Assembly: GCA_963848295.1 (NCBI GenBank)
Contig: CAWKDB010000010.1
Location: 3,520,001 to 3,584,000, forward strand
Direction of reading: 5' to 3'
DNA length: 64,000 nt
From: an uncultured delta proteobacterium
GTDB lineage: Bacteria > Myxococcota_A > Polyangia > Haliangiales > Haliangiaceae
Part shown: positions 32,822-42,887 of the stretch, in pieces
Numbering within the stretch: position 1 is the stretch's first letter
Layout of the letters: each line of letters opens with the position of its first letter
The notes under the pieces: model-generated
Seen by the model: only the letters and a program-made list of their open reading frames with translations
Told to the model about the DNA's origin: nothing
The model's database searches: none
Translations under genes and position numbers: made by a program

Positions 32822-33457
32822 TTACCGCGCTCGCCGGCGACGACCTGCCCCGGCGGCGTGAGCGAGCGCCGAGATCAACGCCTCGGCGGCGCGAGGCGAA
32901 ACGCGCGCGGCCTCGATCAGCGGCTGCAACGATGTCTCGAGGTCCGCCGAGCCGCGCCACGGGCCGGCGGCGGCCCACACGCGCTCGAGCGCGCGCTGCG
33001 CCGCGACCTCGCCGATCAACACGGCAAACTGGGGCGTCGCGATCGAAGCGAGTCGCGCGAGCTCGCCGATCGTATACGCCGCGAGGCGACCTCCCCATAG
33101 TAACCAGTCGGCGAGCGCTTCCCATTCCGGCGCATCGACGATCGCAGCCTCCGGCGGCGCTTCCGGCACGCGGACGACGTTCGGTGCGACCGCGCCTTGA
33201 TCGGGCGGCGTGATCACGACATGGCGCTCGCTGTCGCGCTCGATGACGAGCATGCGCACGAACCGGCGTCGGATCCGCGCCGCGCTCGTCCGCGCCGCGA
33301 CACAGCCATCGATCGCGGTCGCCACAAACCCATCGAGCGAATGGCGCCGCAGCCGGCCGTCCGGCATGCGCAGCACGATCGCGGCAGGCTCGAGCTGGAG
33401 CTCGGCGCGCGCCGGCTTCCACGGCAGCGGGTCGCGATACAGTGCGGTCCGGCCCAC
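32822..33457 (-). CDS. Hypothetical protein
   Basis: Protein-like frame; extended -10 TGcTATCCT 6 nt before GTG 33457. Confidence 0.6.
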   Translation of the reverse strand: MGRTALYRDPLPWKPARAELQLEPAAIVLRMPDGRLRRHSLDGFVATAIDGCVAARTSAARIRRRFVRMLVIERDSERHVVITPPDQGAVAPNVVRVPEAPPEAAIVDAPEWEALADWLLWGGRLAAYTIGELARLASIATPQFAVLIGEVAAQRALERVWAAAGPWRGSADLETSLQPLIEAARVSPRAAEALISALAHAAGAGRRRRAR

Positions 33458-33491
33458 CCAGCAAGGATAGCAGCGTGGTTCGGGGTCGCGA

Positions 33492-34355
33492 CTACTTGGT
33501 TTTGGGGGCGGCCCGAGGGCCGCGCTTGCCCTTGCCGGACGCACCCTTGGCGTTCTCTGGAGGCACGGTCTTCTTCGATTGCAGCCGGCGAATCGCGCGT
33601 AACCGGAGCTGGCGGTCGAGCTTCGGCGTGAACACCTTCATCTCGACGTCTTGGAACGTGCCGTCCCGCAAGCTCGCATCTTCTTTCAACAGCACCGCGC
33701 GCAGCTGGTCGGGTGACTGCAGCGAGCGCAGCTTCGCGATCGTGGCGGTGTTGCGCAGCGCACGCGCGAGCCGGCCGAGGATCGGCAAGTGCAAGCGGTC
33801 GTACTTGAGGCCGAGCAAGAAGAACAAGTACGTCGGGTTGCCATCGGGAGCACCGAACGCGATGCCCTCCCACGACCGACCGACGATGATGAACGGCCGG
33901 GCGATCTTGCCCTTGTCCTTCGCCCGCGTGTGCAGGAACGCCACGCCGCCGTCCATCGCGGTCGACGACAGCGATTCGCGCTCGACCACGGCGCCTACGA
34001 ACCACGGCTTGTCGGCGAGCCATCCGTTGGTGTACGCGCGCGCCGCGAGCTCTTCGATCACGCCGATCGGCGTCTTCGCGCGTAAGTTCGGCACGATCGC
34101 CTGATCCGGTAGCAAGTCCTCGAGCGGCAGCTTCATGCCGTCCGGGATGTCGACGAAGCTCTCGTCCTCGCCGACCAGCTGTTGCTGGATCCAATCGTCG
34201 ATCACGCCGCGCTTGAAGCGCCATTGGCGATCGACCTGGAGCGACGGGATCTTACCCGCGGTGACGAGCTTGCCAACCGTCGCCTCGTCGAGGTGAAGGT
34301 AGTGCGCGAGCTCGCTCATCGTGAGCAGCGGCCCCTCGGATTGCTTCTTCGGCAT
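33492..34355 (-). CDS. Excisionase-like HTH fused to PTS EIIA (Ntr/Fru type) domain
   Basis: LLTMSELAHYL..GKIP..QWRF HTH; ERESLSSTAMDGGVAFLHTR with the phospho-His retained. Confidence 0.88.
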   Translation of the reverse strand: MPKKQSEGPLLTMSELAHYLHLDEATVGKLVTAGKIPSLQVDRQWRFKRGVIDDWIQQQLVGEDESFVDIPDGMKLPLEDLLPDQAIVPNLRAKTPIGVIEELAARAYTNGWLADKPWFVGAVVERESLSSTAMDGGVAFLHTRAKDKGKIARPFIIVGRSWEGIAFGAPDGNPTYLFFLLGLKYDRLHLPILGRLARALRNTATIAKLRSLQSPDQLRAVLLKEDASLRDGTFQDVEMKVFTPKLDRQLRLRAIRRLQSKKTVPPENAKGASGKGKRGPRAAPKTK

Positions 34356-34439
34356 CTAGTTTCCGCCGCCATAGTAGACCGGCCGGGCGGTTTGGGCCAG
34401 AACGCGCGCGCCACGCCTCGACAGCGTAGAATTTGCGGG

Positions 34440-35354
34440 ATGGCCGACAAGCCGGCGAAGCCGCGCCGCACGCGCGGGCGGTGGTCTCTGCGACGCGCTC
34501 GCGTGCTGGTTGGCACGAAGTTCTTGCTGATCGCCGGACTGGTCGGGTTCGTCGTCGTCGCTTGGCTCGCCGAGCAGATCGGCGGGCTCGAGCCGGTCGC
34601 GCTCGGGCCACTACTCAAGCTCGTGATCGCGGGTGTGCCCGCCGCGTTCTGGCTCGGGTTCTTTTACTTGCTCGATCGTCACGAGCCCGAGCCGAAACAG
34701 CTCGTGCTCGGCGTCGCGGTGCTCGGCGTGTTGATCGCGGGACCGCTGTCCGACTTCGTCCTCGCCCAGGCAGTCCCCGCTGAGACGCTGACCGTGCAGA
34801 GCACGTCGCCGCTGTCGTTCGAACGCGTGTTCGAAGCGGTGCTCATCATCGGGCTCGCGCAGGAGATGTGCAAGTACGCGGTCGTGCGCTACTCGATCTA
34901 CATGTCGCGCGAGTTCGACGAGCCGATGGACGGCATCGTCTACATGATGGCGTGCGGCACCGGGTTCGCGGTGTGGAAGAACTATCACTGGCTGTCGGGC
35001 AAGGATTCGAGCAACTTCGATCTGACGATCGCGGCCTCGCATGTCGCCGTCACGACGCTCGCTCATGCGTCGTTCGCGGGCGCGCTCGGCTATGTCATGG
35101 GCCGCGCGAAGTTCTCGCGGCGGAGCGCGACGGTGCGCGGCATCTTGTTGATGCTCGGCTTGCTCCTCGCGGCCGCGCTCAACGGTCAGTTCGAGCTCGT
35201 CGAGCGGTTCGTCGAGCAGGTCGGCATGACCCAGCACCCTTGGCGCGGCATCGGTTACGCGGCGCTGTACGCGTCGGCGGTGTTCATCGCGATCTGGTTC
35301 GCGGCGCAACGGTTGCTCGCGGTGTCACCGTTTCGGAAGGACAAGCCGGCGTGA
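34440..35354 (+). CDS. PrsW-family intramembrane protease-like protein with degenerate catalytic motifs
   Basis: DRHEPEP, QEMCK, FDEPMDGIVY, GFAVWKN, HASF. Confidence 0.8.
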   Translation: MADKPAKPRRTRGRWSLRRARVLVGTKFLLIAGLVGFVVVAWLAEQIGGLEPVALGPLLKLVIAGVPAAFWLGFFYLLDRHEPEPKQLVLGVAVLGVLIAGPLSDFVLAQAVPAETLTVQSTSPLSFERVFEAVLIIGLAQEMCKYAVVRYSIYMSREFDEPMDGIVYMMACGTGFAVWKNYHWLSGKDSSNFDLTIAASHVAVTTLAHASFAGALGYVMGRAKFSRRSATVRGILLMLGLLLAAALNGQFELVERFVEQVGMTQHPWRGIGYAALYASAVFIAIWFAAQRLLAVSPFRKDKPA

Positions 35355-37444
35355 CCGACGACGGCGAGCCCAAGCCGGAGCCCGAGCCCGCGAAGGTTCC
35401 GGAGATCGAAGCCGTCCCCGCGCCGCCGGTGTTACCGACGCCAGAACAAGCCGCGCTCGAGACCGCGCGGATCGTTAGCGAGATGGTCGACATCGATAGC
35501 GAATCGGGCGCGGTGATCGTCGCGGCGGCGGCGGCCGGGGCCGCGATCGCGGCGGCGCCTGCGAGCGATGACACGCGCAACGCCGATCCGGCGACGACGC
35601 TGAAGCTGTCACGCGAGCGCATCTTGCGCGCGATCTCCGAAGACGATCGAGCACAGGTCGCCAGCGATCCGGTGGCGATCGCGGCCGCGGCGATCACGCG
35701 GCTGCGCCGGCGCGCGACCACCGACCTGGCCGAGCTCCGCGAGCAGTACCACCGGCTCGACGGCCTCGTCGTGCTGTTCGCGTTCGCGATCATCGTCGTC
35801 GCGGGCCGGCTGCACCGCGACATGGTCACGCCCGATGTCCAGACGTTCGACCACCAAGGCCTGACGTTCGATCATCCGTCCGGCTGGGTCTCGAGCCCGC
35901 TCGCGTTGCCGGCGCCGCGCATCGCGCACGATCCGAGTGGCATCGCGCCACACGACGACGGCGTCTATCACGTCCAGCTCGACACGCTCGGCGGTAGCGC
36001 CCGGATCGAGGTGTTGATCGATCACAAGCCCGCGTGGTCGAACATCCAGATCGGGCTCGATCTCGCGCGGCGCACTCGCTACGGCGAGCAGTACGCGCAG
36101 GAGAGCACCACGATCCGCTCGATCGCTAACCACGATTGGTTTCGCACCGCCTACGTCTATGCCGACATCGCCGAGCAACGCGTGCCGGCGCGTGCCGGGT
36201 TCGCGGCGGTCGAATACGCGACGATCGATCGCGATCAGCTCTATGTCGTCACGCTGTTCGGCACCCCGCGCGAGCTCGCGGTGCTGGAGGCCGACGTCGC
36301 CCCGACGCTACGCGTGCAATCGGACATCGTGCTGCTCACGTCACAGACGACGGTGTTGGCCCGGCGCAAGTTCCCGCGCGAGGTCGGCCGCGCATTCGAC
36401 TCGACCGTCATGGTCGTCGTCGCCGATCTGATCGACGGGCGGTTGCGCGTCCGCGGCGCGGGATCGGGCGTGATCGTCGGCGCCGATGGCTCGATCCTCA
36501 CCGCGTATCACGTACTGCATGGCCAGGATCCGCGACTGCACGACGTGTTCGTGGTCGCGCGCTACAAGTCGCTCGACGCGCCGCCCCAGTTGCAGTGCGC
36601 GGGCCGGCCCAGTCGCAGCAAGTTCCTCGTCGATCGCGATCTCGCGCTGATCAAGTGCGATCTCGATCTCGACGGCAGGACCTGGAATCCGGCGACGAGC
36701 GGGGGCTTGTGGCCGACCTTGCCCGATGCGCGCGGCAGCGAGCTCAAGATCGGCCAGCTCGTGTGGGTGCTCGGCTATCCCGAGTCCGATGGCGGCGGGC
36801 TCACGCTGTCGCAAGGCAACGTCCAAGGCTGGACCGGGCTCGACGGCGCGACCGGTCGCGACTACATCAAGACCGACGCGTCGATCACGCACGGCAACTC
36901 TGGCGGCCCGGTCGTCGACAACGATGGCCGGCTGGTCGGCATCGCGACCGCCTTTCGCGCGATCGCGACCGACGAGGGCGGGACGACCGAGCTGTCCCAT
37001 ACCGGACTCGTGCGACCGATCCAGCTCGCGAGCCCGTTACTCGATATCGCCGCGACGGGTTGGATCCCGCGCGAGGGCTACAACAGCGCGGACGTCGCCC
37101 CGAGCGCGGTCGAGGCCGCGCCGGAAGGCGTGCGGATCTATACGACGGTGATCGATCACGCGACGAAGGCGCCGATTCGCGATGCGAACGTCGTCGTGTT
37201 GCGCGCCGGCATCGCGGCGAGCGAGATCGACATGAATCGGCTCGACGACCAGACGCTCGCCTGGGGCCGCACGAACGCCCAGGGCGAAGTCCGACTCAAG
37301 CAGCTCGTGCCGCCCGGCGACTACAGCGTGATCGTGCTCGCCGCAGGCTTCGAGCCGCTGATCGGTGATCGCGAGCTCCACATCGATGCGAACACGCCGC
37401 CGCGCATCGATCCGTGGACGACCGTCGAGCTGCTCGCCCGCTGA
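35351..37444 (+). CDS. Membrane-anchored trypsin-like serine protease with extra periplasmic domains
   Basis: GSGVIV, TAYHV, DLALIK, VLGYP, TDASITHGNSGGP; one TM; GTG overlaps the prsW-like stop. Confidence 0.88.
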   Translation: MTDDGEPKPEPEPAKVPEIEAVPAPPVLPTPEQAALETARIVSEMVDIDSESGAVIVAAAAAGAAIAAAPASDDTRNADPATTLKLSRERILRAISEDDRAQVASDPVAIAAAAITRLRRRATTDLAELREQYHRLDGLVVLFAFAIIVVAGRLHRDMVTPDVQTFDHQGLTFDHPSGWVSSPLALPAPRIAHDPSGIAPHDDGVYHVQLDTLGGSARIEVLIDHKPAWSNIQIGLDLARRTRYGEQYAQESTTIRSIANHDWFRTAYVYADIAEQRVPARAGFAAVEYATIDRDQLYVVTLFGTPRELAVLEADVAPTLRVQSDIVLLTSQTTVLARRKFPREVGRAFDSTVMVVVADLIDGRLRVRGAGSGVIVGADGSILTAYHVLHGQDPRLHDVFVVARYKSLDAPPQLQCAGRPSRSKFLVDRDLALIKCDLDLDGRTWNPATSGGLWPTLPDARGSELKIGQLVWVLGYPESDGGGLTLSQGNVQGWTGLDGATGRDYIKTDASITHGNSGGPVVDNDGRLVGIATAFRAIATDEGGTTELSHTGLVRPIQLASPLLDIAATGWIPREGYNSADVAPSAVEAAPEGVRIYTTVIDHATKAPIRDANVVVLRAGIAASEIDMNRLDDQTLAWGRTNAQGEVRLKQLVPPGDYSVIVLAAGFEPLIGDRELHIDANTPPRIDPWTTVELLAR

Positions 37445-37452
37445 CCTGGCCC

Positions 37453-37917
37453 ATGCGAGACAAGGCCGCGCTCAAAGCCGAGCTGATCGCGATGCTCGCC
37501 GCCGCGCACGACACCGCCCAGCGCGCCCATCGCGCGGCGCTCGAAGGTGCGACCCACTCCGAGGCGCGCGCCGAAAACTCGAAGGACACGCGCGGGCTCG
37601 AGCAGTCGTATCTCGCGCGGGGCCAAGCGCAGCGCAGCGCCGAGCTCGAGACTGCGGTCGCCGAGGTCACCGCGCTGGTGATCGAGCCGCGCACGCGCGT
37701 CATGGCCGGCGCGTTGGTCACGGTCGAAGAGGGCGATGCCGAGACCGAGTTGTTCGTCGCTCCTCATGGCGGCGGTAGCCTGCTTGCCGGTGGTGTGCAA
37801 GTCGTCACGCCGGTTTCGCCGCTCGGGCGCGCGCTGGTCGGCAAGCGAGTCGGTGACGAGGTCGAGGTCGTACTCCCGGGGCGGAGGCGTTCGCTCGTGA
37901 TCGTTCACGTCGCGTAG
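37453..37917 (+). CDS. GreA/GreB-family protein
   Basis: AENSKDTRGLEQSYLA; VTPVSPLGRALVGKRVGDEV. Confidence 0.82.
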   Translation: MRDKAALKAELIAMLAAAHDTAQRAHRAALEGATHSEARAENSKDTRGLEQSYLARGQAQRSAELETAVAEVTALVIEPRTRVMAGALVTVEEGDAETELFVAPHGGGSLLAGGVQVVTPVSPLGRALVGKRVGDEVEVVLPGRRRSLVIVHVA

Positions 37918-37965
37918 CGCATTTCATGCCTTGAACCACGACACCCGGCGGTCTATCCACTAGGC

Positions 37966-38880
37966 GTGAAACTCACCCTCGTCTTGCTCGTCGCTTGTAG
38001 CTCGCAACCGGCGTACCTGCCGAGCTCACCGATCGCGAGATGCCCATCGCCGCCGGCGGCGAGCCCGGTCGTCGCGTCGGCACCGGCGCAGCCCGAATCC
38101 GAGCCAGGGCGCGCCGGCGACCTCCGCGCGGAGCTCGCTCGCCTCGACCGCGAGATCGACGCGCTCGACAACGAGATCGCCACGTTTGCGCCGCCGGCCG
38201 CGAGCCGCGATGCCGCGATCATGGAGACGGCCGAGCGCGAACCGGCGATCGTGCGCGCGAGTCTCGACGGCGATCTCGCCGGCGCCCCGAGCGAGATGCG
38301 TCACATCGCGGCGCTATTCTACGCGCGGCGCGTGAAGCAGCTCGAGCTCGAACGCGACCTCGGGCCACGGATGCCCGAAGTCATCGCCGGGCGCAAGTCG
38401 ATCGAGTGGCTGCGCGACGCGTTCGAACGGCAGCGCGACGTCGAGCTCGCCGAGCTCCACGAGCTGCGCAAGACGTACTCCGAGCTTCGTCCCGGCGCGC
38501 GTCCCGTCGATGTCCGCAACGCGCGGCTGCGCGCGGAGATCGTCACATATGTCTCGGCGGCCGCGACCGGGCTCGAGCCGAGCGACGCGCCAGCCGAGAT
38601 CCGGATACCGGTCGAGCGCTGGTTCGACGGAGAGCACCGCCTCGCCGACGCCGGCACAGAGCTCGGCCCGAAGCATCCGGAGATGGTCGCGGCCGCTGCG
38701 TTACGCGATCAGGCTCGCGAAGACCTCGAGCGCGCGATCAAGGCGACCGCCGACGAGCTGCTCGCGCAGATCGCAGCGCCGGTCGCAGCGACGGCGGCGG
38801 TCGATCCCAGCAAGATCATGCGGCGTGTCGAGCTCGCCGCGCGCGCCCGCGAGCTACGCGCCGAGCTCGCCGCGCTCTAG
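37966..38880 (+). CDS. Coiled-coil lipoprotein with two Wzc-like LGPxxPE motifs
   Basis: LLVAC lipobox; LGPRMPEV and LGPKHPEMV. Confidence 0.65.
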   Translation: MKLTLVLLVACSSQPAYLPSSPIARCPSPPAASPVVASAPAQPESEPGRAGDLRAELARLDREIDALDNEIATFAPPAASRDAAIMETAEREPAIVRASLDGDLAGAPSEMRHIAALFYARRVKQLELERDLGPRMPEVIAGRKSIEWLRDAFERQRDVELAELHELRKTYSELRPGARPVDVRNARLRAEIVTYVSAAATGLEPSDAPAEIRIPVERWFDGEHRLADAGTELGPKHPEMVAAAALRDQAREDLERAIKATADELLAQIAAPVAATAAVDPSKIMRRVELAARARELRAELAAL

Positions 38881-38885
38881 ACTGT

Positions 38886-40103
38886 TTAGCTCGAGAACAC
38901 GTCGAGCTTGGCCTCGGCGTCGCGCAGCAGCTGCTCGTGCTGCGGGTCCGGCACCCCGCGCCGGCGGAAGAAGCCCATCGCGGTCACGATCGCGTCGGTG
39001 CCGACCAGCGTATCGAGCAACACGTTCGCGATGAGCGCGAGCACCGATGTCACCACGCGCCAGTAGCTGAAGTGCAGCTGGTGGATGAAGTCGGCCAGGC
39101 CGTAGACCATCAAGCAGGCCGACATGACGATGATGCCGATGTACGCGAGCCAGGTCTTGTGGATGCGATCGTGTGACTCCTGCTTGGACAGCGGCACGGT
39201 GAGCCGACGCCCGGCGACGCCGATGAACACCTGCGCGACGAGGATCCCCGCATTGCCGGCGACGAAGTGCCAGCTGCCGGTCACCTGGTACGGCAGCAAC
39301 ACGATGATGTACGCGAACAGCGCGTAGAACGGCGCCGCGATCATCATCAGCCAGCCCGGCGCGGTCGTGCCCGGGAACAGCAGCTTGGTCACGATCGACG
39401 CGCGGATCAGGCCGGGCATCAGCGAGATGACTTTAGGTCCGAGCGCGAGCAGCGCCTGCACGCCGTACGCGAGCCCGACGATCAGATGCGCCTGGCTCCA
39501 CGTGATCCCGAGATGGACGTTGCCGACCTCGGCGGCGCTGACGAGATCGTGCCAGCTGTCGAACGCGGTGCGGAACGGATAGAGGTACACGACGAACGGC
39601 GCGATGAAGTACAGCGACCATGCGATGAACAGCACGCGGCGTTGTCGTTTCCACTGCGCCCAGTTGCGCAGCTGATCGAACGCGACGATGCAGAACAGCG
39701 CCTCGGTGATCGCCGGGAACAACGTGAACGCGCGCCCGGCGGCCGGCAGCGCCCGGCCATCGAACGCTTCGATGAACCGCGACACCGACAGCGGGATGAA
39801 CAAGATCGCGACGAACAGCAGCACCGAGCGCCGCCACGCGAGGAACGCCTGCTGATCCGGATCGCGGATGTGACTCGCCTGCGCCAGCAGGTGCGCGCGC
39901 TCGCTCGGCAGTACCTCGTCGGGCTTGATGTCGAGCCGATACGCGCGGCGCAGCGACACGCCGAGAAAGCTGCCGGTGAACGTGTCGCCCGCTTTCGTGA
40001 CCGGCACGACGACGGCGGTCGCGAGCTCGGGCGATGGGGCGGGCTGCTCCGCGGGATCCGTCGGGACGCCCATGCCGTGTTGCGTGCGTCGCTCGTCGTC
40101 CAT
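38886..40103 (-). CDS. Polytopic membrane protein of unknown function
   Basis: About eight hydrophobic segments in a long ORF. Confidence 0.75.
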   Translation of the reverse strand: MDDERRTQHGMGVPTDPAEQPAPSPELATAVVVPVTKAGDTFTGSFLGVSLRRAYRLDIKPDEVLPSERAHLLAQASHIRDPDQQAFLAWRRSVLLFVAILFIPLSVSRFIEAFDGRALPAAGRAFTLFPAITEALFCIVAFDQLRNWAQWKRQRRVLFIAWSLYFIAPFVVYLYPFRTAFDSWHDLVSAAEVGNVHLGITWSQAHLIVGLAYGVQALLALGPKVISLMPGLIRASIVTKLLFPGTTAPGWLMMIAAPFYALFAYIIVLLPYQVTGSWHFVAGNAGILVAQVFIGVAGRRLTVPLSKQESHDRIHKTWLAYIGIIVMSACLMVYGLADFIHQLHFSYWRVVTSVLALIANVLLDTLVGTDAIVTAMGFFRRRGVPDPQHEQLLRDAEAKLDVFSS

Positions 40104-40226
40104 CGGCCGCCCAGATGTTAGCCGATCACCGCGTCTCGAGGAACGCGCCGGGCTCGTGCGGTGATTGCTCGCCGTAATGATGGCCGCGTCGTTGCTCGGC
40201 GGCGCGGGTCACCGCAAGATAACGGC

Positions 40227-40883
40227 GTGCGGGTCGCTGCGTGGATCTTCGTCGTCTGCGCGGTCGCGACCGCGATCGGCGTGTTCGTGCCCGCGCTCGA
40301 GGTCCGGGTCGGCGGTAACCCGCTGGCGAAGCGAACCTCGCTGTCGATCTATCGCGCGAACACGAACAGCGAGTTCATTCGCCGCCTCGTCGCCGGCTAC
40401 AAAGCGAGCTCGGGCAAGAAGCTGGGGACGGCGGTCGCCGCGGAATTGATGCCGCGCGTCGGCGGTAAGTTGCACGGGATGCTCGACGACGCGAATTCGG
40501 CGATGACGAGCCTCGACGACGTCAGCGACAGCGACGCGAAGACGCTAGCGCGCGTGCTCGCGATCGCGCTGTGGACGTTCATCGCGTTGCACGTCGCGAT
40601 GGCGCTGGTCGTCGGCGCCGACCTCGTGCGCGATCGGTTTCGCCGCGGTCGGTTGATCGCCGCGCTCGCGATGGCGGTCATCTCCGCGGCGGTCGGCATC
40701 GGGGTTCACGTCGGCTGCAGCATGGCGATCGCGGAAGCGAACGACGACCTCGGTAAGGATCTGATCGGCTACGGCGCCGGCGCGTGGCTGATCCCGATCG
40801 CAGCCGTCGGCGGGCTCGGCGCGGCGATCGCGTTGCTCGTGCTCCATCGTCGAGCGGGCTCGCCCGCCGCTGCTAGCGGATGA
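40227..40883 (+). CDS. Membrane protein (about 4 TM)
   Basis: Hydrophobic segments; stop overlaps the next start; start uncertain. Confidence 0.65.
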   Translation: MRVAAWIFVVCAVATAIGVFVPALEVRVGGNPLAKRTSLSIYRANTNSEFIRRLVAGYKASSGKKLGTAVAAELMPRVGGKLHGMLDDANSAMTSLDDVSDSDAKTLARVLAIALWTFIALHVAMALVVGADLVRDRFRRGRLIAALAMAVISAAVGIGVHVGCSMAIAEANDDLGKDLIGYGAGAWLIPIAAVGGLGAAIALLVLHRRAGSPAAASG

Positions 40884-42814
40884 GTGGTTCGCGGCGCCAG
40901 GTCGCGCTCTTGGTCGCCGGCGCCTTGATCCTCGCCGCCGCGGGTGTTGCGCTGTGGCTCGCAGTTCGGCAACCGCCGTCGCCCGACGTCGCGACCGGTT
41001 CGAGCGAGCAGCAGCACGAGCGCGCGGCGCCGGCGCCCGCGTTGCCAGCGGATGCAGGCACCGACGATGCTCACTCGCGTCGGATCACCGGGAGCGTCAA
41101 GCTGTATGGCAAGCCGCTGCCGAATGTCGACGTCGGCGTCGCGAAGCGGCAGGCGTGGCTGGTCAAGCTCGACCAACCGGTGCGTACCGACGCCGCCGGC
41201 CGGTTCGCGTTCGATGCGCCGACCGACAAGCTCGAGATCGCGGTTGCCGGCTACGATCTCGATCCCGCGGCGTTCGTCGCTGCGGGCAGCGCGCCGGTCG
41301 AGCTCGCTTTGATCGCGGTCGATCAGGTCGAGCTCAGCGGCCGAATCACGTTCCACGGCGCGCCGGTCGCGACCGGCCAGGCGTTCTTGCCCGGTGGCCC
41401 GTTCGCCGATGCCGACCGCGACGGTACCTATCGCATGCGCGGCGTCACGCCCGGTGTCCACATGATCGCTGCGTTCGATCGCGCGACCGGCCGCTGGTCG
41501 ACGTGGCGCGCGCTGAACATCGGGATTGGTGAGCATCTCGCCGCGATCGACATCGCGCTCGGGTCGACGCCGCTGCTCGATGTCGAGGTCGTCGATCGCG
41601 ACGGACATCCGATCGACGGGACGATCGTGAAGGTTCGGGCCGACGGAGCGAGTGACCGATTTCGGTTCACGAATCATGATGGCCACGTCACGATCGCGGT
41701 CTCCGAAGGCGACATCGAGGTCTCAACGTCGTTCGACTGGAACGCGAAGCTCGATACCAGTCGCAGCGTTAGCGCACACGGCGCCGACGTCACGATCCCG
41801 GTCCGGCTCGTCGTGCCGGGACGCGCCGGTCGAACGATTCGCGGCACCGTCCACACCGCGGACCATCAACCCGCTGCGGTCACGGTTACGGTCGCCGGCC
41901 AGTCGATCCACACCGACAGTCACGGCAAGTTCGTCGCGACCGACCTGATGGAGGGCAGCTACGACGTGCGGTTTGTCGATGCGTCGCTTGTCTTCGAGCG
42001 CAAGGGCGTCGCCACCGATACGGCGATCGATGTCGTGCTCCCGACGCCGGGCGCGATGGACATCAAGACCGAAGGATTCGGTGACCGCTGCGAGGCCGAG
42101 ATCCGCGCGCTGTTCGCGAGCGGGCCGAATCCGTTCCTCGACTTCGATTGCCGCGCCGGATCGTTCACCGCCGGCAACCTCGGAGCCGGTCGTTACTCGG
42201 TGAGCGTGAAGGGCACGAACGGGTACGCGTCCGCGCAGGTCGAGCTCGCCGTGGGCGAGACCCTGCACAAGACGCTCACCGCCGCGCGCGGTGTGACCAT
42301 CAGAGGCGTCGCCCGGCCATTTCTCGGCGGGGCGCCGGTCGCGGGCCTGAGCTGCACGAACGGCCGCACGAGCGTTGTCACCGACGCTGCCGGCGCGTTC
42401 GCGTTCACGAACGTTCCGCCGCAAGCCAGCTTTATCCAGTGCGACACGACGTTCGGCTCCCGCCGGCTCGCGGGCGAGCGCTGGTTGTCGGAGCTCGACG
42501 GCGACAAGACGATCGACCTCGGCGTCGTCGAGATCGCGACACCGGCTGCCGAGCACACGCTCGGCGCCCAGCTCTCGGGCTCGACCGGCTCGCTCGTGTT
42601 CAGATCGGTCGACGAGGGCGGACCCGCGGCGACCGCTGGCATCCTCGTCGGCGATCAAGTCGTGACCGTGGCCGGACAGTCGGCCGAGGGCGATGATGGC
42701 TGGGCGGCGCGGCTGTATCTGACCACGCGCGCTCGCGGCTCTTCGATCGATCTCTCGATCCGATCGCATGGCGCGGGTTACGTCGTTCCGATCACGATCC
42801 AGATTCCGCCGTGA
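40880..42814 (+). CDS. Membrane-anchored protein with carboxypeptidase-regulatory-like beta repeats and C-terminal PDZ
   Basis: Repeated ITG.V...TDAAGRF motifs; GGPAATAGILVGDQVVTVAG PDZ. Confidence 0.8.
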   Translation: MSGSRRQVALLVAGALILAAAGVALWLAVRQPPSPDVATGSSEQQHERAAPAPALPADAGTDDAHSRRITGSVKLYGKPLPNVDVGVAKRQAWLVKLDQPVRTDAAGRFAFDAPTDKLEIAVAGYDLDPAAFVAAGSAPVELALIAVDQVELSGRITFHGAPVATGQAFLPGGPFADADRDGTYRMRGVTPGVHMIAAFDRATGRWSTWRALNIGIGEHLAAIDIALGSTPLLDVEVVDRDGHPIDGTIVKVRADGASDRFRFTNHDGHVTIAVSEGDIEVSTSFDWNAKLDTSRSVSAHGADVTIPVRLVVPGRAGRTIRGTVHTADHQPAAVTVTVAGQSIHTDSHGKFVATDLMEGSYDVRFVDASLVFERKGVATDTAIDVVLPTPGAMDIKTEGFGDRCEAEIRALFASGPNPFLDFDCRAGSFTAGNLGAGRYSVSVKGTNGYASAQVELAVGETLHKTLTAARGVTIRGVARPFLGGAPVAGLSCTNGRTSVVTDAAGAFAFTNVPPQASFIQCDTTFGSRRLAGERWLSELDGDKTIDLGVVEIATPAAEHTLGAQLSGSTGSLVFRSVDEGGPAATAGILVGDQVVTVAGQSAEGDDGWAARLYLTTRARGSSIDLSIRSHGAGYVVPITIQIPP

Positions 42815-42887
42815 TCACTTCGGCAGCGTCCGCGACGCTACACGCCGCGAGGACCAATGCGATCGACCAGCGGTTCATGCGGCGAGC

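Noticed and set aside
33492..34355. Excisionase as evidence of a prophage or ICE
   Set aside because: The HTH is fused to PTS EIIA, and no integrase or phage genes are present
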